Assembly (NCBI RefSeq): GCF_006345805.1
Contig: NW_021833399.1
Coordinates: 1 to 27,353, forward strand
Length of the DNA stretch: 27,353 bases
Direction: 5' to 3'
Origin: Octopus sinensis
Taxonomy: Eukaryota
Shown: positions 10,702 to 21,535 of the stretch, in pieces
Layout of the letters: each line of letters opens with the position of its first letter
Numbering within the stretch: the stretch's first letter is position 1
Program-made: the position numbers and the translations under genes
Notes under the pieces: model-generated
What the model was told of the DNA's origin: nothing
The model's database searches: none
Seen by the model: the letters and a program-made list of their open reading frames with translations, nothing else

Positions 10702-10972
10702 ATTTCACGAAGCGGGAATAGACACAACTGTCTTCACCCCACCTACTTCAAATTACTCTATTAAAACACGATACTCCGATAAATACAAGATCTCAGCGAC
10801 TTCCTACGACTTCCCACGAACTCTCGACGACTCTTACGACTTACCCGCCCTCAACCAATACATTACTCCTTATCAGAGTTCGGCTAGTTCATTGTCCCAG
10901 TCCCACAGGGGTGTCAATGACTCTCGCCACAACAGTTTCGTAATCGGCTCCGGTGTGAGGCGTGAAAGATGA
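10702..10972 (+). CDS. Candidate host-gene coding exon (Ser/Tyr-rich, YxxP motifs), product unknown
   Basis: A long pyrimidine tract ends in tgcAG (10700-10701). Non-repetitive open frame FHEAGIDTTVFTPPTSNYSIKTRYSDKYKISATSYDFPRTLDDSYDLPALNQYITPYQSS..GSG ends either at donor GTGAGG (10955) or at TGA TAA (10970-10975). Confidence 0.55.
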
Positions 10973-11408
10973 TAAGGAAGCACAATGTTCCGTTTAGTCA
11001 TAAACAGAAAAAGACTGCAATAAGGAACCTGTAACCCTTACTCATAGCATAACTGATATGTTACTGAATCCTTATAGAGAACGATGTACAATACAACGAG
11101 GAGTGTAAATGGAGACTAAAGAAAAAAATAAGCAATGGCGTCCACATTTCGTCGTAATAAATCGAGGTTGATTCCAACTGTCGAACTCCTAGATGTGATT
11201 AATCTGACAATACACACCCCTTTTCTCACTCTCCAACACTTTGAACTCTATACCAAACTACATTTAAAGAAAACTTCAACGAAAAATCTCCAGAAAATAA
11301 ACTGTTTTTACTTTAAATCTTTATAAATTTTTACCGATTATTTTATAAGATGAGATACATCGAAACCGCAAATATTTTAAAAATATTATTTTAAAAAATA
11401 ATTTTTAT

Positions 11409-11687
11409 TAATGTAAAGTATAGAAGCCATCTTAATATGGCTACCCACATAGGGGTTAGCCATATACTTCAGTGCCCTTGAAGTATTTGCAAAGGGAGGC
11501 CATCCTTTTCTCGCAAGCCTGAGTGATACGCACGGACTAGTTTCGGGATTTTTGTCCCTTATCAAGTGCACTGAAATGGTGTCTAAAGCTAGCTGGAGAC
11601 GACGATCTCCTGGGGCTATAGAGCTACAGTAACACCCCCTCCCCTATGTGGTTAGCCATATTAAGATAGCTTCTATACTTTACATTA
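11409..11687. mobile_element. Non-autonomous inverted-repeat element (47-bp terminal IRs) carrying a hammerhead motif
   Basis: 11409-11455 vs 11641-11687 are inverted with 2 mismatches and TA at both ends. Inner 14-bp IR at 11468-11481 / 11562-11575. Confidence 0.8.
11530..11569 (-). ncRNA. Minimal type I hammerhead motif, U3-A8 covariant core
   Basis: Minus strand reads gcac-TTGATAA-ggga(caaaaa)tccc-GAAA-ctag-T-C-c-gtgc. G10.1-C11.1 is kept, stem III is the ACTAGT palindrome, and the triplet is GUC. One extra C precedes stem I. Confidence 0.55.
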
Positions 11688-11756
11688 TCGAGCGACTACT
11701 GTTTAAATCTCATTCTGAGATTTAATAATGCTTATTAAATTCCCCCTTAAATTATA

Positions 11757-12202
11757 ATGGTAATGAAAAAGACGACGACGATGACGATGATGATGAGGGT
11801 AACAATAGTAAGGATTATAATGATAATACAAAAGATGATGATGATAGTGATGATAAGATTAATGACAATGCTAATGATGAAGATAAGCAACGATAAGGAT
11901 GACGACGAAGATGATAACGATGATGAAGATGATAGTGATAATGGGAGTACATCTGTTGATGACTATAATAATGATAACAAATGATGATGACAACGACGGC
12001 TAAGATAATGATGGTAACGATGCGGATGACGATGAGGATAACTATCATGTTGACGATAATGATGATGATGATGATGATGGTGGTGGTGACGGATAAGGCT
12101 GATGAGAATGATGCTGTTGACGATGATGATGATGATGATAATGATGATGATGGTGGTGGTGGTGATGGATAAGGCCGATGCTAATGATGCTGTTGACGAT
12201 GG

Positions 12203-12282
<80 letters not shown>

Positions 12283-12457
12283 ATGGATAAGGCCGATGCT
12301 AATGATGCTGTTGACGATGACGATGATAATGATGATGATGATGGTGGTGACGGATAAGGCTGATGAGAATGATGCTGTTGATGATGATGATGATAATGAT
12401 GATGATGATGGTGGTGATGATGGATAAGGCCGATGCTAATGATGCTGTTGACGATGG

Positions 12458-12536
<79 letters not shown>

Positions 12537-12716
12537 GGTGGTGATGATGTTAATGATGATAATGATGATAATGATGCTGTTGACGACGACGACGACGATG
12601 ATGATGATGGTGACGGATAAGGCTGATGGTAATGATGCTGTCGACGATGATGATGAAGATGACGGTGATGATGGTCGTGGTTGTTGCTGCTGCTGGTGCT
12701 GGTGCTGCTGCTGATT
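11757..12716. repeat. (GAT/GGT)n sea with six ~30-bp ggataaggc..aatgatgctgt anchors (compound minisatellite)
   Basis: Anchors at 12091, 12167, 12285, 12352, 12422 and 12615, separated by variable-length GAT/GGT runs. Confidence 0.9.
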
Positions 12717-13194
12717 CTAATGTGGATGGCAACGACACTGCTATTGCCAATGATGCCGACAGTTACAGTAAATACAGAGACAAATGACCCACAGGCGCAT
12801 ATATACACACATACACACACACACAACAGCGTACCACATGTGCATCTATTGATTAATGAGTTTGACCGTTAAGTAAACCCACATCTTCACAATATGGAAG
12901 AAGAACTTATTGAATAAATATTGATTATTTACATGTGTTCTGTGTTCAAGTTACATGTCACAAGAACATTTGCTTAGAGAGATAATACCGAAGCGAGGTT
13001 TCTTAACTGAAAGGTCAAGTTCTACAGTTCTGATCTAAAGCGTTGGTCAGTAGGTGTGTTGGATCCTTTTAGGGCCAAAGTAAAAATTGAGAGAGAATGT
13101 TTAAGGTGTGTCTGTCCATGGAAAAAAAAAGTAATGAAATTTTACAAGTTTTTGGTATGCAGTTAAATTATCGGGATCCTCATTTTTTTCTCCT

Positions 13195-13400
13195 TATTAT
13201 TATCATCATCATCCCCATTGTCTGCTTCTCCTCTACATCATCCTCATCATCCTCACGATTGTACACTGCCTCCCCTTTCTCTTCTCCCCCTCACCATCAT
13301 ATTATATTTGTCATCATCATCGTCGTCGTCAACGTCATCATTGTCATCATCATCATCACCACCACCACCACCATCACCACCACCACCACCACCACCATCA
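13195..13400. repeat. Decayed (CAT)/(CAC)n microsatellite
   Basis: Seen directly. Confidence 0.85.
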
Positions 13401-13738
13401 CTTGGATATTTGTTGTTTATTTTTTTATATATTAAGTAATATGTGTATCATGTTTAGTATATTAATATTAATATTTTTTGAAGTTCTTTGTTTCTCCGTT
13501 TCTTATTTGTATTTAAATTTACGTAAAATATTTCTTTACCTCTACTCGTTTATCAATAATGACTTATTTTGCATTGCATTAAAACATTTATGTTTAAGAA
13601 TTTGGTACTTTACCAACTTTACACCATACCCCTATCTTACTTTGTACTCTTCTCTCTCATCTCTCTATCTCTCTCTCTATATATATATATATAATAGATT
13701 ATATATATATATATATATAATATATATATATATATATA

Positions 13739-14160
13739 GGCGCAGGAGTGGCTGTGTGGTAAGTAGCTTGCTAACCAACCACATGGTTGCGGGTTCAGTC
13801 CCACTGCGTGGCATCTTGGGCAAGTGTCTTCTGCTATAGCCCCGGGCCGACCAATGCCTTGTGAGTGGATTTGGTAGACGGAAACTGAAAGAAGCCTGTC
13901 GTATATATGTATATATATGTATATATATGTGTGTGTGTGTGTTTGTGTGTCTGTGTTTGTCCCCCTAGCATTGCTTGACAACCGATGCTGGTGTGTCTAC
14001 GTCCCCGCCACTTAGCGGTTCGGCAAAAGAGACCGATAGAATAAGTACTGGGCTTACAAAGAATAAGTTCCGGGGTCGATTTGATCGACTAAAGGCGGTG
14101 CTCCAGCATGGCCTCAGTCAAATGACTGAAACAAGTAAAAGAGTAAAAGAGTAAGAGTAA
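13739..14160 (+). mobile_element. SINE family A, full length, inserted in (TA)n
   Basis: Head ggcgcaggagtggctgtgtgg through tail gtaaaagagtaaaagagtaagag; very similar to 4498-4885. Confidence 0.93.
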
Positions 14161-14289
14161 TATATATATATATTGATAAAAATGGTAAGACAACAAAAGA
14201 ATGAAAGAAACCTCGATATTATGTAAACAGAGGAATTTAGCTGTAAATGTAATTTGTGACAATTATTCGGTAGATAAAACTCCGAATTT

Positions 14290-14640
14290 TGGATGCTGAG
14301 GTGGAAATCCACGCCGCCATCTCTTCAGTTATCTTTCATCCTTTCGGGGTCGACAATATAAAGTACCTGCAAAGTATTGAAGTCGGTGATGTTAACTGAG
14401 TACCTCCCCTCAAAACTTCCGCCTTTGTGCCTAATTCAAAACCAATTATATATTTTATACAGTTCCTTATATTTAGTTACTACTATTTACGTTCTGAGTT
14501 CAAAACTCATTGAATTCCCCATCACATTTCATTCTTCCGGGGTCGGTAAAAATAACGTACCAGTAAGCTATTGGGTTAATGATACAGTTTAACCCCTCCA
14601 CTTAAAATAGCTGGCAATGTGCCTAAACTACAGACCATTC
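14290..14640 (+). mobile_element. Two old, diverged SINE fragments sharing the family B core
   Basis: ctttcatcctttcggggtcgac..aagtacc at ~14333 and gttctgagttcaaa..ttcattcttccggggtcggtaaa..gtaccag at ~14491-14563. Smaller gttctgagttcaaat fragments occur at ~9183 and ~10549. Confidence 0.6.
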
Positions 14641-14692
14641 TTTTATTCTTTTACTTGTTTCAGTCATCTGATTGCGGCCATACTGGAGCACC
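14641..14692 (-). mobile_element. SINE family A 3' tail fragment
   Basis: ttttacttgtttcagtcat.tga.tgcggccat.ctggagcacc is the reverse complement of the family A 3' end. Confidence 0.75.
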
Positions 14693-14814
14693 GAAGACGT
14701 GGAACAAGTATAGTCTTATTGGATGCTCAGGAAAGGAAAGAAGGAAGGAGGATATGACGTTCCGAGCGGAGCTCTTCGTCAGAAACATAGGAAAAGGAAA
14801 GATCCAAGGAAGGG

Positions 14815-14893
14815 AATATATACACACGTATATATGCATATATTTCTATATTATTTATATTATTATATATATATATAGACACACATATATATT

Positions 14894-14928
<35 letters not shown>

Positions 14929-15924
14929 TTAAATATATATTTCTATATTTATATACATACATCTACATTTCTCTATGTATGTATGTATGTATGTATGTAT
15001 GTATGTATGTATGTATGCATGTATCTATCTATCTATCTTATCTTAACGTGTGTATGTATCTATATCACACTCATACGGAGTAACTGAGAAAGTGTGAAAG
15101 AATGGACAAAGAAATGAACGAATTTGCAAAGAAAGAGTTAAATATAAGAAACAAATGAAAACGTGAAACAAAGTGAGGAAAGCAACAGAAAGGAGAGATA
15201 GATGCTAAATGAATGAGAGTAGAGGGAGAGAGAGAGAGGGAGAGAGGGAGAGAGGGAGAGAGGGAGAGAGAGGGAGAGAGAAAGAAAGAAGGAAAGAAAG
15301 CAGACGAACGGAAAAAAGCTACATAGAATGAATTGTAATAATGAAGAACAGAGATACTGAAACGATGAAAATGACAAAGGAAATGAGATAGAGAAAGAGA
15401 GAGAGGAAGAGAAGAAAGAAAAAAGAAATGAAGAAGGAAGCATGGTACTGATAGTGGTGGTGGTGGTGGTATTAATGGTAGCGGTTGGTGAGGAAGGTAA
15501 TAAATATAAGATATAAAGTGATGCTATTATTGATGCTTGTTATTGTCGATATACAATAACTACTGACGTTATACGGATTCACTGGTAAATTAGCGGACGA
15601 TGAAAGTGAAAGTAGTGATAGCCAATCGTTGGCGATGGTGATAAATCGTAGTGGTAGACATTAACAATGATATCTTCAACTTGAGATCGTTAAAAGAAGG
15701 AACGATTTTCTATTATCACTAACAAGAGATTGCAACGGTCAAGAGATATTTGACGAAACATTTATATAAAACATTACTATATTAGTGGCATAACTTAATT
15801 ACAGAAATGAAACGGAGGAGCTGGGGAAAGAAAATGAATGACGTATATGTATGTATGTAATGTATGTATGTATGTATGTATGTATGTATGTATGTATGTA
15901 TGTATGTATGTATGTATGTATGTA

Positions 15925-15991
<67 letters not shown>

Positions 15992-15995
15992 TCTG
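14815..15995. repeat. Clustered (TA)n, (TATG)n and GA-rich simple repeats with AT-rich spacers
   Basis: Tracts at ~14815-15070, 15150-15440 and 15845-15990. Confidence 0.85.
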
Positions 15996-16000
15996 TTATT

Positions 16001-16247
16001 CTTTTCTTCCCTTATTTGTTTCAGTCATTTGACCGCGACCATGCTGGAGAAGCAAATCGACCCCAGGACTTATTCTTTGTAAGCCTAGTACTTATTCTAT
16101 CGGGTCTCTTTTGCGCAACCGCTAAGTTACGTAGACGTAAACACACCAGCATCGGTTGTCAAGCGATGTTGTGTGTACAAACACATACACATACATATAT
16201 ACATACATACATACATACATACATACATACATACATACATACATACA

Positions 16248-16278
<31 letters not shown>

Positions 16279-16460
16279 GTATGTATATATATACACACAC
16301 ACAACAAACTTCTTTCAGTTTCCATCTACCAAATCCACTCACAACGCTTTGGTCGTCCCGAGGCTATAGTAGAAGATACTTGCCGAAGGTGTCACGCAGT
16401 GAGACTGAACCTGGAACCATGTTGTTGGTAAGCAAGCTACTTACCTCACAGCCACTCCTG
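16001..16460 (-). mobile_element. SINE family A, near full length
   Basis: Reverse complement of the family A sequence with an expanded (TACA)n centre and a small deletion near the 3' end. Confidence 0.9.
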
Positions 16461-16468
16461 GAATTGTG

Positions 16469-16541
<73 letters not shown>

Positions 16542-16543
<2 letters not shown>

Positions 16544-16753
16544 TCTTTTACTTGTTTCAGTCATTTGACTGCGGCCATGCTGGAGCACTGCCTTTAATCG
16601 AGCAACTCGACCCCGGGACTTATTCTTTTGTAAGCCCAGTACTTATTCTATCGGTCTCTTTTGCTGAACCGCTAAGTAACGGGGACATAAACACACCACC
16701 ATCGGTTGTCAAGCAATGCTAGGGGGACAAACACAGACATACAAACACACACA

Positions 16754-16785
<32 letters not shown>

Positions 16786-16965
16786 ATATATATACATATA
16801 TACGACGGGCTTCTTTCAGTTTCCGTCTACCAAATCCAACCACAAGGCTTTGGTCGGCCCGAGGCTATAGTAGAAGACACTTGCCCAAGGTGCCACGCAG
16901 TGGGACTGAACCCGGAACCATGTGGTTGGTAAACAAGCTACTTACCACACAGCCACTCCTGCGCT
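16542..16965 (-). mobile_element. SINE family A, full length, inserted in (TA)n
   Basis: Reverse complement nearly matches 13739-14160 from head to tail. Confidence 0.93.
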
Positions 16966-17658
16966 TATATATATATTAGATAATAAAATATCTCGTATCT
17001 TCCATCTCCCATCTCTCTCATTAACCAAATATATACATATATATGCGCGTGTGTGTGTATGTTTTATGTGTGTGTTTGTATGTGTGTGTTATATATTCGT
17101 TTCTGAGTTTTCTTGCCACTTTAGGGTTTTCATTCACCACCAACGTGAGTAAGCCACCTCCATTCGTTAAGAGGTTACATACCTTTGACCAACAGGTCTG
17201 AGGAGTTGCCTATATTACCAAAACGTATACTACCTTGCAAGAAACCTACCTTATTGCTAGAAACCCATACCATTTTGCAAAGATGTGGTAACGATGGGCG
17301 CCTCTTGCCGCGAATGTTCGGAGAGCTTACCACTCATGCTGACACATGCCTTCTTTTCATCGAGGAATTCTTTATTGATTGTTTCGTCTTTCTCGACGAT
17401 GGCCACCTTTGTTATGCTACTAAAATGCTTCCCGTTATCTGGTTATCATGGTGGTAACGAGGGGGTTTTCATTGGCCACCCTGCAGGTCAGATCAAAAAT
17501 AAACCATAACCTGTCTACGTTTAGACATTTCACTTTCCAGAAGGTAATCTCTGTTGCAGCGCCTGCCATTTAGTTTACATATAACGATGTACACCGGTTC
17601 AATTTTCGGGTGCAAATGCATTCGTTGTTCAGAGTGGGATATGAAAGCATACACGCAC

Positions 17659-17697
<39 letters not shown>

Positions 17698-17784
17698 ACT
17701 GTCTGTGTCTGTTTCTGCGTATGGTGTCTGTAAACCGATTTAAGAAGTTAACTCTATTATTCGATAGAGCTCGATAAAATAAAT

Positions 17785-18212
17785 GGATCTTTTCGGTTTG
17801 AACGGCAGTTTTTAACATAATTTCTAGGTAACTAAACAATTTTAAACTTCGTCTACTGGTAGAATGTGTTTATAAAACATCTTTTTCTCTTGGCTTTATT
17901 GAGAAAATTCCATAGTTTGTAAGATATTTGTTGTTTTTTTTCTTCAATTTCTGCAATTTCAACCAATCAATGACGTCTTTTGAGGTAAAAAAAACATTCT
18001 GTGCCGTATGAATATGTCCCTCGTTTAAGAAACAGATTGGGTTTATTTGCATTTCTGAAGAAACAAAGATACCCTTCCCCCACCCCTAACCCTAACCCTA
18101 ACTAACCCTAAAACAGATTGAAATGCAATAGATCGATACTAGGGTCATAATTATGGGTGACAATTTCATATGACACCACTAGAAAAAGTTGCCGTTCAAA
18201 CCGAAAAGATCC
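17785..18212. mobile_element. MITE / non-autonomous DNA transposon, 23-bp perfect TIRs, 8-bp TSD
   Basis: ggatcttttcggtttgaacggca at 17785 and its reverse complement ending at 18212. aaataaat on both sides (17777-17784, 18213-18220). Internal (CCCTAA)n at 18084-18111. Confidence 0.85.
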
Positions 18213-18247
18213 AAATAAATATCTAACTGAAATAAATACTGGATATA

Positions 18248-18479
18248 TATTTCTTTACTACCCACAAGGAGCTAAACACAGAGGGGACAAACAAGGACAG
18301 ACAAAGGGATTAAGTCGACTACATCGACCCAAGTGCGTAACTGGTACTTAATTTATCGACCCCGAAAGGATGAAAGGCAAAGTCGACCTCGGCGGAATTT
18401 GAACTCGGAACGTAACGACAGACGAAATACGGCTACGAATTTCGCCCGGCGTGCTAACGTTCCTACCAGCTCGCCGCCT
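18248..18479 (-). mobile_element. SINE family B, full length, 15-bp TSD
   Basis: Reverse complement of the 1244 family. Exact TSD taaatactggatata at 18233-18247 and 18480-18494. Confidence 0.93.
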
Positions 18480-18666
18480 TAAATACTGGATATAGTTACG
18501 TATTTCCTATGAAGTTGCTTGTTGTCATAACATGTCCGTCCTCCGATGAGTGAAAGCTGTAAAACAATAAAGGAAGAAGTATGATTCAAAATGCTAACGT
18601 AGGCTATTTACATGCAATAAAACATCACATGTAAATGGTACAACGTTACGATACTATTAAATGTTA

Positions 18667-18988
18667 CAATAGTATTAGCGTAAAAATCTGTCCTAAAAAT
18701 GAAGCAGACGATCGCACACATAGGCGTAAGCACATAAATATACATTAACGGATAGACAAATATGCAGTCACATACACACACACACACACGTATACAAACA
18801 TATTGAAATAGATATATCGACGAAAGCAATAGTATTAGCGTAAAAATCTGTCCTAAAAATGAAGCAGACGATCGCACACATAGGCGTAAGCACATAAATA
18901 TACATTAACGGATAGACAAATATGCAGTCACATACACACACACACACACGTATACAAACATATTGAAATAGATATATCAACGAAAGCA
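18667..18988. repeat. Recent 160-bp tandem duplication
   Basis: 18667-18826 equals 18827-18986 except for one substitution (18819 g / 18979 a); ca microhomology at the junction. Confidence 0.95.
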
Positions 18989-19516
18989 GTAAAGATAAAA
19001 AGCTTAAAGTTTTAGTAAATGTTACACATGAAATGCTAACGTAGAGGTTTCATGGAGAACAAATATGACACATATACTTTATAATAATAATAATACCAAA
19101 TAATTCTTGCGGCGAAAGCATAAAAAAACATCCACAACCACTAATCCATGCGCATGCTCACACAGACAGAAAATAAACTCACAGATAGTCACACACATAG
19201 ATATATAAAAAACAGAGAAAAAATATAAATGATAAATATTTTCCTAAAATATGTAAAGATAAAATATTTTATTACATATTGTACAATGTTTGTCTGCTGT
19301 TCGATCAAAGACAATAAAACGGGAAGAGAATAATTCGTGACGGAATAATTCGCCCAGAGAGAATGGTGCTAAAATCATGACGTCACATGGGTAAATTTTT
19401 TCTTGTTTTAATGATGTCCTTCATTCCCAGGTAATTAATTGATTAATCGTCCTGATTTCTTATTAACGTCGTCATGACCATACTGCAATGTATTCTGCCA
19501 ATTTCGCCACACAGAG

Positions 19517-19593
19517 AAAACGAGAACGAAAGATTGATGAATAGAGAAATAGAAATACAGAGAGACAGTTAGATAAATAGATGATAGATAGAT

Positions 19594-19675
<82 letters not shown>

Positions 19676-19831
19676 AGAATGAGAGAGAAGGTGAGAGAGA
19701 GAGAAAGAGAAAAAACGAGACCGAAAGATAGAACGATTGATGAATAGAGAAATAGCTGTCCGGATCTTTTGTTGTCCCTTTTTGTATCACCTAGGTGTCC
19801 GGATGTTTTGCGTTCTTGTCTCATTTTGTAT

Positions 19832-19919
<88 letters not shown>

Positions 19920-19920
19920 A
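19517..19920. repeat. (GATA)n/(GA)n tract flanked by a 21-bp direct repeat, then (TA)n/(TG)n
   Basis: gattgatgaatagagaaatag at 19532-19552 and 19735-19755. Confidence 0.85.
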
Positions 19921-20091
19921 TTTCTCTCTGTCTTTTTTCTCTCCTTGTTTCTTTCTGTGTTCCTTTCTGTGGAAGAGCGTAGGCTCGAACGTTAACGACT
20001 TTTTTAATTCCCGAGCGTTATACTAATACATCTGTTTGTTTTCTACACCACCAGTCTTCGTCTTTTTATTTTTTTGTGAATTCTCCTCCAC

Positions 20092-20151
<60 letters not shown>

Positions 20152-20660
20152 CGAGAGTGTTTAGGATGGGTATAATTACCAGCACAGGAACATGTATCAT
20201 ACATCAAAATGAAGCTGGACCTCTGTGGATCCCATCCTTATTTCTCAACATAGTCACCGTTTCTCTGAATAGCAATGTTCCACCTTCGAATAAGACCATG
20301 TATCCCTGCCCCGTAAAATTCTGTTGACTGTTCTTTGAGCCACTTCTTCAGTATAGTTTTCTGATCCTCGTCATTGGAACAATTTGGCGCCTTCAGACTA
20401 TCATCTCTTCGGCCCCATGAAAGAGAGTTTGAGAGGCAAATAATATTCCAGTGACAAGTGAAAACTGTAGTGAAAGAACAGTCAACAGAATTTTACGGGG
20501 TAGGGACACATACTCTCATTCGAAGGTGGAACATTGCTATTGAGAGAAACGGTGACTATGTTGAGAAGTAGGGATGTGATTCACAGAGGACCAGTTTCAT
20601 TTTGTGTTAGTAATCTTACTTGTCCTAAACAAAATGGCATTACTTTTTGACTCACCCTCG
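20152..20660. mobile_element. Mariner-derived fold-back element: two transposase 3' ends joined head-to-head
   Basis: The plus strand from ~20381 reads NLAPSDYHLFGPMKESLRGK*..KEQSTEFYGVGTHTLIRRWNIAIERNGDYVEK* (mariner DLAPSDYHLF motif and C-terminus). The minus strand of 20238-20380 reads WLKEQSTEFYGAGIHGLIRRWNIAIQRNGDYVEK*. TIR TA|cgagggtgagtcaaaaagtaatgcc at the right end; the left TIR is partly deleted. Confidence 0.88.
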
Positions 20661-20935
20661 TATATATATATATAAGTAGTTGAATGAATTATCTTAGTAT
20701 GGATAATTCGGTTAACCGATACCTGGGTAGCAAATTCACGTCAGAAAAACACGGTTGAAGCTACATGCCAAGGGCAGAGATCACGTGCTTTCGTGTGGAA
20801 ATTTGTGTGTTTTTTTTAAATACAAATTTGTGTGTTTTTTTAATACAAATTTGTGTGTTTTTTTTCGCTATGGGCTCCGTGTGGGCAGTCATCTAAGAGA
20901 TTTTGTTCATCTTGAGGCTGACATAAGTTCGTTGT

Positions 20936-21018
20936 TTTTCCTGATGAGAAAGCGGCATAATGCACCCCTTATTCCTTCGAAATTAGGAATATGCAGCCTT
21001 CGAAACATATGTCGAGAA
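20936..21018 (+). ncRNA. Canonical minimal type I hammerhead ribozyme motif
   Basis: ttttc-CTGATGA-g[stem II, 20948-21001]c-GAAA-catatg-T-C-gagaa. All core nucleotides are present, with G10.1-C11.1, palindromic stem III ACATATGT, GUC triplet (predicted cut after 21013) and a 5-bp stem I with one wobble. Confidence 0.75.
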
Positions 21019-21060
21019 TAAAGGAACTTTGTTAAATCGTCGTTCAACTCCATTCTTTCA

Positions 21061-21103
<43 letters not shown>

Positions 21104-21128
21104 TATATATATATATATATTATATATA

Positions 21129-21171
<43 letters not shown>

Positions 21172-21458
21172 ATTATTTACAAATAAGAAAGTGGAGAAAC
21201 ACATTAGTTGGTTTATCAATTTTAGGATATTAGAATGTTGTCTTAAAGCTGATAACCAACTAAATTGTTTCTCCATTTTGTTTTTTGTATAATAAATTAA
21301 TGGTAAAATATTTCGTTACCTTCACCCATTTAATACAAGAAGTAATTTATTGCATTGCAATTAAAAACACTTGTGTATTAATAATTTGGGTATTATACTT
21401 ATTGGATAAGTATTAATCCTTAGTGGGTTGGATCCACAACCCCTAGCTTATTTGGTGG

Positions 21459-21508
<50 letters not shown>

Positions 21509-21511
<3 letters not shown>

Positions 21512-21535
21512 GGGGTGAGACAAAAGTAATGGCAT
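21509..21535 (+). mobile_element. Solo mariner TIR remnant in (TA)n
   Basis: tacggggtgagacaaaagtaatggcat resembles tacgagggtgagtcaaaaagtaatgccat, the reverse complement of the right end at 20635-20662. Confidence 0.65.

Noticed and set aside
12091-12650. CRISPR-like repeat/spacer look
   Set aside because: Spacers are simple GAT/GGT runs of variable length, the context is eukaryotic, and there are no cas genes.
17194-17240. aggt-CTGAGGA...caaaac..acct hammerhead-like spacing
   Set aside because: No GAAA, no stem II and no correct NUH register.
18084-18111. Telomere or telomere-healing site
   Set aside because: Only about four units, located inside a TIR-bounded element.
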